Assembly: GCF_006345805.1 (NCBI RefSeq)
Contig: NC_043001.1
Location: 7,936,001 to 8,000,000 of the forward strand
Reading direction: 5' to 3'
Origin: Octopus sinensis
Taxonomy: Eukaryota
Length of the DNA: 64,000 bases
In this document: positions 1-13,870 of the stretch, one piece after another
Layout of the letters: every line of letters begins with the position of its first letter
Numbering within the stretch: position 1 is the stretch's first letter
Notes under the pieces: generated by a model
Database searches by the model: none
What the model was told of the DNA's origin: nothing
Seen by the model: only the letters and a program-made list of their open reading frames with translations
Program-made: the position numbers and the translations under genes

Positions 1-208
1 TTATTTCTAACGATTTGTTCCATGGTTTTGGTGAAAGGTGAAATTAAAGTGATGAGCCGATAGCTTTTAGCTTCTATTCTGCTCACACGTGTTATAGATA
101 AGGCATATATTGCAATAAGTCTTTTAAAAACATTACACTTCTAAAGGCACTCTTTTTCTTACTTATTTTTTTAAATAATTAACGTTCTCTTCCTTACTGA
201 CAGTGAGA

Positions 209-252
<44 letters not shown>

Positions 253-521
253 AACATCATTGTTTTCAATATATTTTAAAGCACGTGTCATGAATTTGTT
301 TTAAATATTTTCTAAATAACGCAATGCGGAATATTATTAGATCTTATCTTATGATAATCAATCCATTAATTAAATCCTGCGCATTTTGATAAGCATTGTG
401 ATTGAATAGCATATTTTAAAAGATAATATTTACAATACCGAATATTTATAAACTGTCTATATGTATATCAATTGAAACTAAATCTATCTAACTATCTATC
501 TATATATAAACATGTATATAT

Positions 522-580
<59 letters not shown>

Positions 581-635
581 ATCCATACACTCATAAACAC
601 ACATATTGATATATGTACAGATAGATAGATATACA

Positions 636-678
<43 letters not shown>

Positions 679-1969
679 TATTTAAATATAGAGAAAGAGT
701 AACTCACACACGCACACACACACAGCAACAGATATATACAGATGGACAGACGAATAGATAAATATATAAATATAGATATGCGTGAAAATAAATTCCAAGA
801 CACATCCAAATTAATAACTTTACGAACAGAATAATTTCCATTAAACTTGAAAATATCTCACATAGTTACATATTCACATACATTTCGCAGGTATTTTATT
901 TCAATTCGTATTTTTCTTTGTTAATATTAAATAACTATCGATGTTTAGTTTGAATATGATGTTCTCATTGAAATATCACATAGAGTAAAGAAAGTTCATT
1001 TCGTTCAACAACTTTTAAATATATCCAACATTTCACAAATAAACAATATTTCTCTGATAAACAATAGTTATACCACATAGAATATATCTTTGATCTCTGC
1101 TGAATAGGAACATCTCTGTCGCCATACTGCGTGCGCGTTACATATATTAGTAGTAAATTCTAAATATTCTTAGAATATTTCTGAATATTTTGGTTACTGA
1201 ATATATTTGAGGAAATATGCTTTGAAATAATATTATGTCCCATTCTTGAAAATTCTATTCAGAATATATTTCCTTTCCGTTTTATTTGTATGCGTCGCAA
1301 TAAAATGTTGCATATAGAACAATTCTATCATTCCAGTTATTTTTAAATGCTGAATAGCAACATCACTAGTGTTGCAGTCCATAACGAGAATAGATATTTA
1401 GCTCGATTTTATCATTACACATTTTGTATTTTTGCTCTTTAAACGCTCAAGTTGAAATAATTGTTTTCTGATTGGCCATACGTAACAAAAAACAGAAAAA
1501 ACGAGTACCAAGATTATTGTGGGATTCGATCGATGCGCTAAAACAAACGTAACAGGGGAAGCCATATACTGACCTTAGGATATATTTTTGTACAGCTTCC
1601 CGGTGTATTCATCTAAAATCAAACCATTCTTCAATTAAATCAAATAATAAAAATATATGTGATATTAAACATATTCTGTCCAAATCGATTACACAAAGTG
1701 TTAAGTCATCAATTGCTTCTTTAAATAGCTACTTGTGTTCTATCTGCAATCAAACTTGCAAGCAAATCACTTTCGGGCTCGGCTACATAATCTATTATTA
1801 ATTCTTCTGACATATTCTGTTGCTATAATCATAGGAATAGCAATACCAATAAATTCATAAAATGATAGGAAATTGTGTATAAACATTTTAAATATATTTA
1901 TTTACTGCTCAAATCAAATGATGATTTACACATATTCAAATCTATATTCCTGTGCTATATAAAAAAACT

Positions 1970-2271
1970 GGAGACGCATGGCCTAGTGGTTAGTGAAGCG
2001 GACTCGCGGTCGATGGATCGTGGGTTCTAATTTCAGACCTGGCGATGTGCATGTTTATGAGCGAAAGACCTAAGCTTCATGCGCGTCCTGCCAAAGTTAA
2101 TGGCGAATTCGCACTGTCTCCTTCGTCAAAACTTTATCTCACTCTTTCCTCCTGCATGTAGCATGTCACCCGAAAGGGACTGGCGTTCCGCCAAGGCGGG
2201 GAACCTATACACTAATGAAACCAGGAAACCGGCCCTTATTAGCCAGGCATGGCTCGAGAAGAAACAAACAA
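1970..2271 (+). mobile_element. tRNA-derived SINE (head A, tail alpha)
   Basis: A-box TGGCCTAGTGG and degenerate B-box GGGTTCTAATT; head matches copies at 17304, 21375 and 46258; ends GAAACAAACA. Confidence 0.85.
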
Positions 2272-5200
2272 TATAAACTACTAATCGTCTAACTCAAATG
2301 TATTCAATCTTATTTCAAAAGGCGCAACGACGGTTGACGCTTTCCCCTGATGTTACAGCTCGTAGATATGAGTTTGAGAAGGGAAGGAATAGCCGGTTTA
2401 GGAAAAGAAAACCATATGACGGCTATAATCTTTACAAGAATCAAGAAAGCTGAGTTCTTTGTTTTCACGTTTTCATTATAGGGAACGAGTCACTTCTCTT
2501 TCTCTTTCAGTAACGTGCATACATACATTCAAAACACGAAAGCGTTGTTAGTCGCTTAAAACCAGTAAGGTTTAGCCCTATTAACATCAAATTTCGTGGA
2601 AATCATCAGGCTCCGTCGCTCTGCCGTGTTATTTTTTTATTTCGAATAATGTTATGATATATCCGAAATAAATACTTATATTCATTATTGTATTTCTGCA
2701 AACAGACATTGTGCTGTGCGATGCATTTTCAGCATATTGAAGATGATGTGAAGCCATTCACCCAGTTGGTATATAGGCCTAACTCTTCTACACGACCAAT
2801 GGCGCGGCTTCCACAAAGCTGCGATAGTCTGACAAATGTATATAGAATGGGCTGAGTCATTCTTTGTTGTTCAGAAGTTTACAACAATAAAGCTACTTGG
2901 ATACTAGTTTCCACTTTGTTTGTCGGATTGGTTATTCTAGAATTTATTGTTTGAGAAAAGAAGTGTTAACGAATAACTCTAGTAGATAAAGCACTGAACT
3001 TTCGTCCAGTGTAGCGAAAGAAAAGACTTGTAAGAGATAAACATTTTTTATTTTCAAACCTCATTCGCTCTCACCTGTTTCTATGAAGCAATAGGCTGCC
3101 AGACATATTCCGTGTCTAAAATGTGGGGCTCCCAGCATCCAACTACGTTTGAACGCCCAACATTCTAGTCACAGTATGCTATTTTGTTTCAAGCATTCTT
3201 TAGATACAATAATTTAGTGGTAGGATGGATTGACTATTACAGAGGAAATCATGATGGGAAAACAATAGAATATTTGAGATAAATAAAGAAAAGTTTTCCT
3301 TGGCGTATTTCTGTTTGTAAAAATGTCGCCAATTTAGTGGATTGGTAAAATAGCTGAGAATTTTAAGGCACAGAAAATAAGTTAAAATTTATAATACCAG
3401 TCATATAATACATATTAAAATGTATGTTTGTTGTGAATCATAATTTCTGAGCAATGTAATGATTCCACGTAAAACAGCAGATGGATGCACATGCGTCTTC
3501 TTTACATTAATATATTCACATAAAAGATTAATGTAAATTGAAATTTAAAAATTTGTCATGGCGATCGTTGAGGCTGCTGTGTTCGTCTTTCGATGGTTGT
3601 TTATTAGAAAACATATAAAATAAGTAAATAATGAGAATTATTTATTTGTTTACTAATGGATAATATGAAAATCATGATTCTTCAACATAGGTAAAAAACT
3701 TTTCTTTTTTTCCGGAAACAAATTTATTTCGAACAATCTCCGTCTAAGCAAAACAAGATAATTTCCCAGACAGAAATTATTATTTCCCGCTTTTTTTAAT
3801 GGAGACATCGTGCGAATTAAACATGACACACTTATCTGCTGTACATGTTTTTTTTTATTAGAAAGCTCTGAATAATACAATGGCACTACACATAATAGTT
3901 TAGTGACAAAGACTTTGATATACTATATAATATATTTACTGAAAGCCGTATCATGCAAACAACAGTTACGAGGAAAATACTTTACGAATTTAATAAGGAG
4001 TCTTTCAATAAATTAAGGCTTAAGGAAATGTAATCCATTTCTCATTACAAGAAGCTTTCAATTGAATCCTCAATAACGTGTCAATATTCAGAAGTTACTT
4101 ACAAACTGATATAGTTTTCAGAAAATACATCAAGAATTCGCACATGAAGTCATCGTGAAGTCCGCTTGTGTCTAAGTCTTCCAAAAGTTTTATTACTATT
4201 GAATCTCAAATCCAAACTACATATCTAACGAAAAACAAATTGCTAGGGAGAAACGTCAACCGGAAATCATATGAACCTACCTTCAAGATAATAATGTACT
4301 CTAGAGGAAGAGTGACAAGCAAAACCAATAGAGAACGAACATAAATGTGAAGTCGATTAAGTTTCAAATTTAGGGTTGGTTAGAACGCTTACACACAGCA
4401 TAATATTAAGTGTTTCAAATGACAAGAAATCTGCAATAAAGGAATTATAATCGATTTTTCAAAAAGTAGAGCTTGTAATAAAGAGATGTGCCTTGTATCT
4501 AAGCATATTTATGTGCAAGAGGTGTAGTGATCTCAAAACATTCAACAACGCGGGTTAATTTTTTCTCATTAAATGAATTATCTGAACTTGAAATAAATAA
4601 CTGTCAGAGAATTCCACTGACATCAGACAAATTTAGGGTTTTTCTAAGAATCTGAATGACAACGAATACGGCAATGATTTCCCAGTTAAATCTGACCAAC
4701 TGGATGGATTTCTATACAATTTCAACCGACGAAATTCCCCTCTTAACTAATGGGTTGACAAGTGGTGAAGGTAAATGACATTTGTGTAAGATGCAGCGCA
4801 GCTTCATAAAAGCTGGGAGATGCATGAGAATTAAAATTACTCAGCAGTTTGGTCATTCTCTACCAACACACTCCTGCACACAGACGAATGCACGCTTGCA
4901 AGCACACACAGGCGTCCACGCACACAACTGCAAACAAACACAAGTGCGCACTCACACATGTATGCAGTCCCACATGCGCACAAGCAACACACCTATATTT
5001 TTTTTCTTTAATCATGAATGTACTTCTTTAGATATAACAATTACAGATGAATGCATTTGCGTTTTCTTCAGATTAATACTCGCAGGAAATAGATTAACGA
5101 GAAATGAAATTTAAAATCGTATCTTAGTAATCGTTAAACGTATTGTGTACGTTATTTGGAGGTTTATTATAAAAGCAAATGAACTATGGAAATTATAAGA

Positions 5201-5896
5201 ATTATTAATTAGCGTACGAGTTTTCAACGCCACTCAGTAGAAATATTGAGTTTGTTCTAACACAGCTTCAGTTTTACGCTCATTCTCTCTGCCTGTCTCT
5301 TTCTCCTTTTCTCTCCCTCTTTCTTCCTCTCCTTGTCCTTTTCTCTCTCTCTCTCTCACACATTTTTTCTCTGCATTTGATTCTACCAATGAAATTTAAT
5401 GTTCTGTAGGTACGGCACTAGATACTCGCACGTCAGTTTCAGGCAACCGAATGTGGAAAGAAACGAAGTACCAGATGGCTTCTTGGAACGTGGCTGCTAC
5501 TGTTCAAAGCAGGTCACATATTGTTTTTTAAAAGGGTACTGAAAAATCAGTGAGATGACATGCATCAACAGCCTGCATTGCTTGTGCAAAGTGCCTGGAC
5601 AGGATGTTGGTGGTGCATCGGAGTCTGGAAAATATTTGTGAGGGACGTACGTGAGAGGTGCCTGCTTTATGGATGAGTGGATATGTGTGCCTATATGTGG
5701 GGGTTCCATGTGGTTGTATCAGCTGTATGTGTATATCAACTATACGTATGTGCTAAAGTGTTATGACTACGAAACATTTTTGTGTGTGTACCCACCCCTT
5801 GTATAAAAGAAATAAAATGCACAGACTCTATATGGTTTAAATATATTTTAAAATATTTTTTAAATATTGTATTTTAAATATTGTGTTTGCCTTTAA

Positions 5897-6007
5897 GCTT
5901 CCGTCTACCAAATCCACTCACAAGGCTTTGGTCAGCGCGATGTTATAGTAGACAAGGTGCCACTAAGTGGGACTGAACCTGGAATCATGTGATTGAGAAG
6001 CAACTAC
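5897..6007 (-). mobile_element. SINE fragment (family B head, CORE-like)
   Basis: ttccgtctaccaaatccactcacaaggc...gggactgaacc is the reverse complement of the 5' part of the full copy at 34741. Confidence 0.75.
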
Positions 6008-6117
6008 GGTTGTTAATTACTTTGTATTCTATGTACCAATTTGCTTCCTCAAGTTTTCTTTTATAAGATAATAGTCTGTACACAGACATGTATATTGTCC
6101 TATTTACATCTGTAGAG

Positions 6118-6406
6118 CAGATGTTCTCAAACTCTCTGCGCCACGGACCCCGTCATGGCTACATGAAAACATCAGCGACCCACCCCTATGTTTATGCATA
6201 AATAAATATTTTATATTTTACTACTTTATACTATGAATCATTTGATATTTCATATATTACATAATTTGTATACAATGCTATAATAATATTATAATAAATT
6301 CAAAGTGTCCCCCAATCGACTGCTTTCCTTCCGATTCCTCCTTTTTTCTACCTGGACCGCCCCAACACCGACCGGAGGGAGGTAGCACTCACTTTGAGTA
6401 CCTATG
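6118..6406. mobile_element. hAT-family MITE (289 bp)
   Basis: Imperfect TIRs CAGATGTTCTCAAACT / rc CATAGGTACTCAAAGT (12/16); 8-bp TSD ctgtagag (6110-6117) / atgtagag (6407-6414). An 8-bp TSD is the hAT hallmark. Confidence 0.8.
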
Positions 6407-7271
6407 ATGTAGAGTATTAAATGTAAGAGAAGCAACTTTATTGTTTTTTATTTCATTTGTGACGAAATATCGCATTCAGATATTCTTTTAGCTAATTTTG
6501 TAATACTATTGAGCAATCTGTTCAAAGTGTTATTCTCTTCAATTCTTTAAGCTGTGTACGTTCATCTCTAAAATTCGCAAAGTATTTTGTAGACGCTTAT
6601 TAATTTTATATCTTCCAGGATTCTATAGAGCCTATTCTGGAAAAATTCACCGCAAATTTAAGCGCATATTCAGTGTCTTACTGTTATTTGTAGTTTAAAA
6701 TGTAATAAATTTTTGGTGAAGATTTCATGGACATCTTCTAAACTGTTTTACCAAACAGAAGTATTGCAATGATTAAAATTGACTTAATATTTTTTAGATT
6801 ATGTAAAGGAAAACTAAAACAAATAATGTATTCTTCACGTGAAGTATTATTAGAACTTTTTAGAAACTCTTCATTTTATGGCAATTATTGAAGATACCGC
6901 AAACATTCAGGTAAAAACAAAATCAGTGCATATAATTAACAACCTGAAAGCGAAATAGCTGGAAGGATTCAAACTTTAAAAGAAGCAACATAGCAATGAC
7001 TAAATTTTAAGAATAAATTCGCAGGCACAATTTCTTAAAATATCAAATCAATAGCAGAGAAACCCCACCAAAAGATATAATCAAATTGTATTTTATATAA
7101 AGATTCCTCTCTGTGGGCATGGAGCTAAACGTGTTTCATTCCATTTGTACTAACTCAAAGTTAGATTGCGTGAATTAATATAATTAGCAAGGACAATTCA
7201 CTCTCAAACATCATTTGCGAAATTACAATCCTGTACTAATGAAAACCATCTGTGTTAGTAAGAGACGTCGG

Positions 7272-7350
<79 letters not shown>
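7272..7350. repeat. (AAT)n microsatellite, ~26 units
   Basis: Directly visible; produces the poly-Ile ORFs on both strands. Confidence 0.99.
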
Positions 7351-7351
<1 letters not shown>

Positions 7352-7620
7352 TAAAACAGCAGCAACAACAACAATGTTAAGACGCCCGACAACTGAAGGC
7401 ATACTTTTCGAAAACAGTGACAACTGCTAAAACAGTTTTTCTTTTCAGTTAAATAGCTAAGAACATTTGGGGTGGGGAGGACTACACGATTAAAGGAAAT
7501 GCATTACACCCAGGTTTCAGTAGCATTGGGAAGGCTACGCGAAACAAACAAAAATAAACAGCCGTATATAATATTTTCCAAACAGATTTCTAAGGCCAAA
7601 ATAATCAGTGTCCCAAGAAG

Positions 7621-7910
7621 ATTATATTAAATACAGGTTTATTCATCTTACAAGTTTTCCCGATTAAAATTCAGTCATATTTGGGCTACACACTGGAAGG
7701 GTTTTGGTTGTATTAATTTCACAAAGTACCGAATTTTAACGCAGGTATATAATCTGATAAATTTAGTTTGAATTGTTATATTTCGAAATACTGCTAATGG
7801 GCATACATCATATGTTTTCGGTGAATCATATATTTTGCACTGTGTTGTTACACATCTCGGCAATTTTAAAAGTAAAGATATTATATTCACTTTGGATGAG
7901 ATTAAGTTTA
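7621..7910. repeat. Left arm of 290-bp inverted repeat (partner 10151-10440)
   Basis: Ungapped reverse-complement match, about 18 mismatches in 290 bp by manual count. Confidence 0.95.
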
Positions 7911-9253
7911 TCCCTCCTGATAATTTCTCTCACTGCAAACACGAATCCATGCAAGAGACGAACAGCATATTCTCGACATATAAATGCGCTCAATTATTTA
8001 AATTAGTGTCTGCAGAGTATTTATGTATTTTCCAGCATGACAAACTGAGTACACAGAATTTTTCCAAAAGCACCAGGTTGAAATAGCAAATATGGAGGTA
8101 TCGGCTTTTTCTACGGTCAACTTCACTGTGACTGCTGTAATGTAAGATATGAAGGAAGCGTTTTACACCTTAGTATCGCTTGCAGGAGATGTAATATCAA
8201 TTGATTTAAGTGGAGGCTATTGGTTCCAAGACTTGTGTCTGAATTTCTCAGAACTAAAATTGTATTAAAAAGTAAGGAGGAGAAACCTTTTCGGCCCAAT
8301 AGAGTTGTGGGAAGATTTCTGGACACATATTAATAACATCTTTAATTAGCAAGCATGCAAATTTTGAATTAAAACCGAAGATTAGCTTCAACTAAGACGA
8401 ATAATATCTCAACTGAAAACGATTCTGATTGAAACGTTTCCTATGAGCTTGTGTTTGTTTTGTAGCGTTGGACAGATGCGGCCTACAAAAGTATTAAGAT
8501 ATTACACAATAACGCGGCAAAACATTATATTTAACGAAAAATGCAATGCAATAAGCAACACAGAAATTTACGTTTCATACGTACTCAGACGCTCCTCCAC
8601 ACAAACAAACGCACACAAATATATATTTTTTGAGCCAATAAATACTGGACCCGCTGGATTTTGAATAGCAGTTTATGAATGCTTATGCATGTATTAAATG
8701 AAGTACTGCATTGTATGTTTATAAGAAAATTGTTAAAATGTGTCTACATCACGTATCTTTCAATATCATGACACGAGTTGGGAGAGTTCTTAGAAAATTC
8801 AGTTAGGTTTCTATATATGCACGGTATTTTTTTCATATTAATGCATATCATAAATGGAAATCGTGAATATAACCATGTTTTATTCAAATACACAGTAATT
8901 TTCTTCGTATTATATATAATAGAAAATATAATTACCATAATTTCCATCATATATAAATCTTAATTTCATAAATATAGTAAGCCAGCCGCAAAACAAGTTA
9001 TTTGAGCTAAATCTGAAAAAAAGATGTCTGGATGTGGGATAGTGGTAAATGCTGTTTATTGGCCCAGTAAACTCGTATTAAGGAAGGAAAGAAATGTATT
9101 TAGCTTCTGGCTGTAAAAAAGTTTGATATCATAAATACACTATTTTCGTTTTTCAAATTGAATCTCTACGACAAATATATACATATTTATTTTTAAATTC
9201 TTACCATACATATAGATATGAGTGCGTATGGGTGTGAATTCAAGATATATGCG

Positions 9254-9295
<42 letters not shown>

Positions 9296-9606
9296 TGTAT
9301 TCATGTCTATATACACATCTATATGTGTATGTATATATATGTATATATATATATAGACAGACAGATTGATAGATAGATAGATATATAGATAGATAGATAT
9401 ACATATACAGGTGTACCCGTACACAGATATCTATATATAATTATATGTGCGTATGCTAGCGTGTACGTAGCGTATGTGCCTGCTTAACTCCGTTTGTGAG
9501 CGTGATTGAAATCGTGCGTACGGCTACTTACGATGTTGTCTATAATTTGGCACGTTGTCATAGAAGAGAATAACTAGATATTATAAGTATATATATATAT
9601 ATATAT

Positions 9607-9655
<49 letters not shown>

Positions 9656-10150
9656 CAGAGCGAAAGGGAGAGAGATTGAGAGATATATGTATAGATAGAA
9701 AGAGACCGAGTAAATCCCTCTCATAAAGTGTATGTGTGCTTGTGTGTGTGCGCGCGCATGTGTGTATGTACATATGTACATGATAAGTTGCAATGTTTGC
9801 CTGACAGGTATTTGCATAGGACCGCCCTGCTGGTACAGACGACTTATTTCATAATATATTAAATTATATTTGGGTAAACATATTTTTACTCATTTTTGAC
9901 ACAGATTTCTGTTTAAATATACAAGAACAAGACATGTCTGTCATCAGCGCCAATATCATTATCTGCATTTTTCTGCGATTATTATCATCAATCTGCTACT
10001 ATAACAGTGAAAATGATTGGAAACAGGCACCATAGATTAGGGAATGATTTAAATATATTTTTAAGGGAATTATATGTTTCCAGATAAAAACATTATCCGG
10101 TATCTCATATAGTGATACATCTCTTGACCACAAGATTAAATATTTGCAGA

Positions 10151-10440
10151 GAAAATTAACCTCGCCCAAAGTGAATATAATACCTTTACATTTAAAATTA
10201 TCGAGATGTGTAACAACACAGTGCAAAATATATGATTCACCGAAAACATATGATGTATGCCCATTAGCAGTATTTCGAAATATAACAATTCAGACTAAAA
10301 TTATCAGATTATATACCTGCGTTAAAATTAGATACTTTGTGAACTTAATACAACCAAAACCCTTCCAGTGTGTAGCCCAAACATGACTGAATTTTAATCG
10401 GGAAAACTTGTAAGATGAAGGAAGCTGTATTTAATATAAT
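10151..10440. repeat. Right arm of 290-bp inverted repeat (partner 7621-7910)
   Basis: The same peptide string (RCVTTQCKIYDSPKTYDVCPLAVFRNIT) appears on opposite strands in the ORF track. Confidence 0.95.
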
Positions 10441-10782
10441 GTGGTTTGCATCAGAAGAAACACAGAAAGAAAAAACGACAATTCCTGAATATAAAATAGC
10501 ACAGACACGCAGCTATAATATTTTCAGCATCATTTATAACAATTTTGGGAAATAATTAAATAACTGAACTGAAATTAATTCATGTGATAAATCCAAAGAT
10601 GTTTTGCATGAGCCTCAGCAAGAATAACTTTCAGTGATCGCCATGCTAAAATAATTATTCCTATTTTGTGCTCAAAGAAGCAGTGCATCAGTTATAAGCT
10701 AATTTATGTGGTCAATCAAACAACATATTAGTGCTCGGAATATCTCGGTCGAAATCACCAGAACACCTGGATTCATCCAGCA

Positions 10783-10957
10783 TGGATAATGTAGATCACG
10801 GCATGATACTTCATATGCTAAAGGACTTTGGTATTGTTGCGAAACTGGGTGAGTGGCTGCATATCTTCCTTAAAGACAGAAATCAGGTCGTCGTAGCCAA
10901 TGGTTCCCTTTCTGAGGAAAGTCATATCTTATGGGGCATCCCACAGGGAACTGCTCT
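10783..10957 (+). mobile_element. CR1/L2-clade LINE reverse transcriptase fragment
   Basis: DNVDHGMILHMLKDFGIVAKLGEWLHIFLKDRNQVVVANGSLSEESHILWGIPQGTAL matches the FDKVDH...RxQxV.NG..S.....GVPQG RT motif run. Confidence 0.85.
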
Positions 10958-11732
10958 GTATGATGAGGGAAGATCAATTTGTTAGGAAAAGTAAAAGAAA
11001 ATCATTACATCAGATATAAATGACTCTTAAACAGCAGAAGGTTTGATTTGGTTTTTCTCAAACGAGAAAAACTTCAACTAAGATCACAGAGGAAATGACA
11101 GATGTTTATGTGCAAACCCTTCTGAAGTTCCAAGTGTTATGCATACAAAGCTCCCTGTATCTGTCATGGTTTTAGATGTTATCACCAATGAATGGCATTT
11201 GATGCCTCCTCACTTCTTTCCACAAGCCTTTACGGTAAATTCTAGCCGCCCACATTGAGGTGCTGGATATAACTGTTAAGCCCTGGATAGAGTTTGCATA
11301 CAAAGGGAGGCCATATGTGTTTCAATAAGGCTCTACACTATCACACATGACTCCGATTGAAAATGTTTCCCGATCAAATAATCCCTAAAATTTGGCCTCC
11401 TAATTCCCCAAATCTCAATCAACTGTATTATCAAATCTGGAGTGTTTTTGAGAGACAGGTCAATAAAAACGCACATAACCGCAAAGATTCTTTGAAATCT
11501 TCTATAGCCAGAGTAATATCCCAAATGAACCAGGACCACTTGATTAGAGCTTTTAGATGGTTTCAAACTCATATAGAAGCAGTTGTTGATGCTGAAGGTG
11601 GCTTTATTGAATAACATTATAGAAAAGAATGTTTATTTGTACCATGACAGCTTTTTGATAAAAAAAGTTATAATCTGTTATTATATATCTATTTTCTATA
11701 AACATAAACCCTCAATTATCTCACGCACCCTG
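10958..11732 (+). pseudogene. Tc1/mariner DD37D (maT-like) transposase remnant with 3' TIR end
   Basis: Frameshifted translation WFFSNEKNF...MPPHFFPQ...KPWIE...RPYVFQ*...WPPNSPNLNQLYYQIWSVFERQVN...EAVVDAEGGFIE*. All three catalytic Asp positions are altered (SDEK>SNEK, QQD>Q*G, PLDY>QLYY). Ends ...CACCCTG at 11732. Confidence 0.9.
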
Positions 11733-11997
11733 TTAATATATAAGAATCAGAGAAAAAAATCGGAAATATAAGTTGTGCGCAGATACATACACACTTTTAA
11801 CTATGTCCACACATGCAAATATAAACAAACATTTGTACTTTATCATGGGTATGTTATAATAAAGTCTCCTAGATTTAAGTAACTAGAAAGTCTATATTTC
11901 TCCTTCAGAACATTAATAACTTATAAGAGATGGGTTAATACGTAAAGGTATCAAAATAAGAAAACGCACGCACACATATATATATATAAATCTCTCT

Positions 11998-12087
<90 letters not shown>

Positions 12088-12165
12088 TACACATATAAAT
12101 ACACATATATGTATGTATACATATGTATATTTATATTTATGTATGTATGTGTATATATATGTATG

Positions 12166-12248
<83 letters not shown>

Positions 12249-12253
12249 GTATG

Positions 12254-12307
<54 letters not shown>

Positions 12308-12389
12308 TATATTTGTGTATATGTAAGTGCGTGTATGTGTGTGCGTGTGCGAGATTATGCGTTTGCGCGCGCGTTGTTGATAACACTTA

Positions 12390-13045
12390 GAATGGTGTAT
12401 TGACCAGTAGGATGTCAATAGACGGTATCCAATGAGCATCAGGAGTTTTTGACCCTGAAACATGCCAACCTCTTGTTGGTGCATCCGCAGAAATGACCAA
12501 ATCAGAAGTTGTGATTTCTTTGTGGCTTCCGGCTCAACTCCTCCGTCTTGCTCCACTTCCTACACGGTGCTCTTCCATCACATTTCACTTTTTCCTCTCA
12601 TTGCAACAGCTGTAAGCATCCTCAATAGTGAAAGAGCAGAGAATCTCATACATATAATCTCTACTGGGAAAAAGTCATCAATGTCCTCTTCTCCACGTTA
12701 CCCTGTCGAAACCCACTCCATGACGCATTTGTACTCGTAAGATTGACCAAACCATTGTTGCATGTGAATATTGGGAGCAGTCATTTTCGGTAGAACCGTG
12801 CCTTTTATTTCCCAAGAAGCCCTGATCTTCCACTCCTGGGCAGCCACCTCTCAGCCTGCTTCTCAGCATAAATGTCATTCGATAGGCCAGAAAGGAAATT
12901 GTAAAAACTCTTTGCAAGGCATTTGAGTGCATTTCCCTGTATTGACGGATTATTTTCTCCTTGCTGTTGCAGCACGATTTTGTTTGTCTACTTGCTTCCC
13001 CAGATCCCGGTAGACCTGGATTTCTTGGACTCAAACTTCATTCTA
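12390..13045 (-). mobile_element. Decayed non-LTR retrotransposon fragment (RLE-type, Hero-like RT C-terminal region)
   Basis: Minus frame RMKFESKKSRSTGIWGSK*TNKIVLQQQGENNPSIQGNALKCLAKSF...EKQAERWL..SGRSGLLGK*KARFY resembles, from memory, the RMKFKPKKSRSL...IPSIQ..PIKCLGK...SGLPGKFKAW segment of Hero-type elements. Similarity is recognisable only over ~12770-13040; clade call unverified. Confidence 0.6.
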
Positions 13046-13168
13046 TCTCATGGTTTCATGTGTTCAAGTGTACTCAGCGTTTGTTCCGCCTCTAGACTGG
13101 GTGTGTGCATACTCTGTCTACGTGTATCTATGTGTCTTCATATATGTATCTATCCATATACATATATA

Positions 13169-13543
13169 GGATCAGGAGTGGCTGTGTGGTAAGTAGCTTG
13201 CTTACAAACCACATGGTTCCTGGTTCAGTCCACTGCGTGGCATCTTGGGCAAGTGTCTTCTGCTATAGCCCCGGGCCGACCAATGCCTTCTGAGTGGATT
13301 TGGTAGACGGAAACTGAGAGAAGCTTGTTGTATATATGTATATATATATGTATATGTGTGTTTGTGTGTCTGTGTTTGTCCCCCTAGCATTGCTTGACAA
13401 CCGATGCTGGTTCGGCAAAAGAGACCGATAGAATAAGTACTAGGCTTACAAAGAATGAGTCCCAGGATCGATTTCCTCGACTAATGGCGGTGCTCCAGCA
13501 TGGCCGCAGTCAAATGACTTAAACACGTAAAAGAGTAAAGAGT
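13169..13543 (+). mobile_element. SINE family B (tRNA head, CORE-like middle), internal deletion
   Basis: aggagtggctgtgtggtaag...ggcatcttgggcaagtgtctt...aaatgact; lacks the gtgtttacgtccccgtcac segment present in the copy at 34741. Confidence 0.9.
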
Positions 13544-13583
13544 ATGTATATATATATATATAAATATACACATACATACATAC

Positions 13584-13660
<77 letters not shown>

Positions 13661-13669
13661 ATATATATA

Positions 13670-13870
13670 GGGATATTTTACGAAAAAACAAAAGACGAAG
13701 ACATGTGGTGTACAAAACAAACATATATATTTGTATAACGCTCAGGAATAGAAAAGGTATTTTACGTTTCGAGCCTACGCTCTTCTACAGAAAGGGACAC
13801 AAAAAAAATAAGGAGAGAAACAAGGAGAGAAAAAAATCTGTGTAGTAGCTAACGATCTATCATGGCGACT
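13670..13870 (-). mobile_element. Short (TA)n-flanked Penelope-like repeat (family P4)
   Basis: Homologous to 33473-33636 and 59981-60091; carries a minimal hammerhead-like motif; no ORF. Confidence 0.7.
13760..13793 (-). ncRNA. Minimal type I hammerhead-like motif, CUGUAGA core variant
   Basis: Minus strand UUU-CUGUAGA-A-GAGC(GUAG)GCUC-GAAA-CG-UA-AAA: 3-bp stem I, 4-bp stem II, near-palindromic (A)ACGU(A) stem III region; A6 replaced by U. Confidence 0.6.

Noticed and set aside
7215-7430. Poly-Ile ORFs on both strands
   Set aside because: (AAT)n microsatellite.
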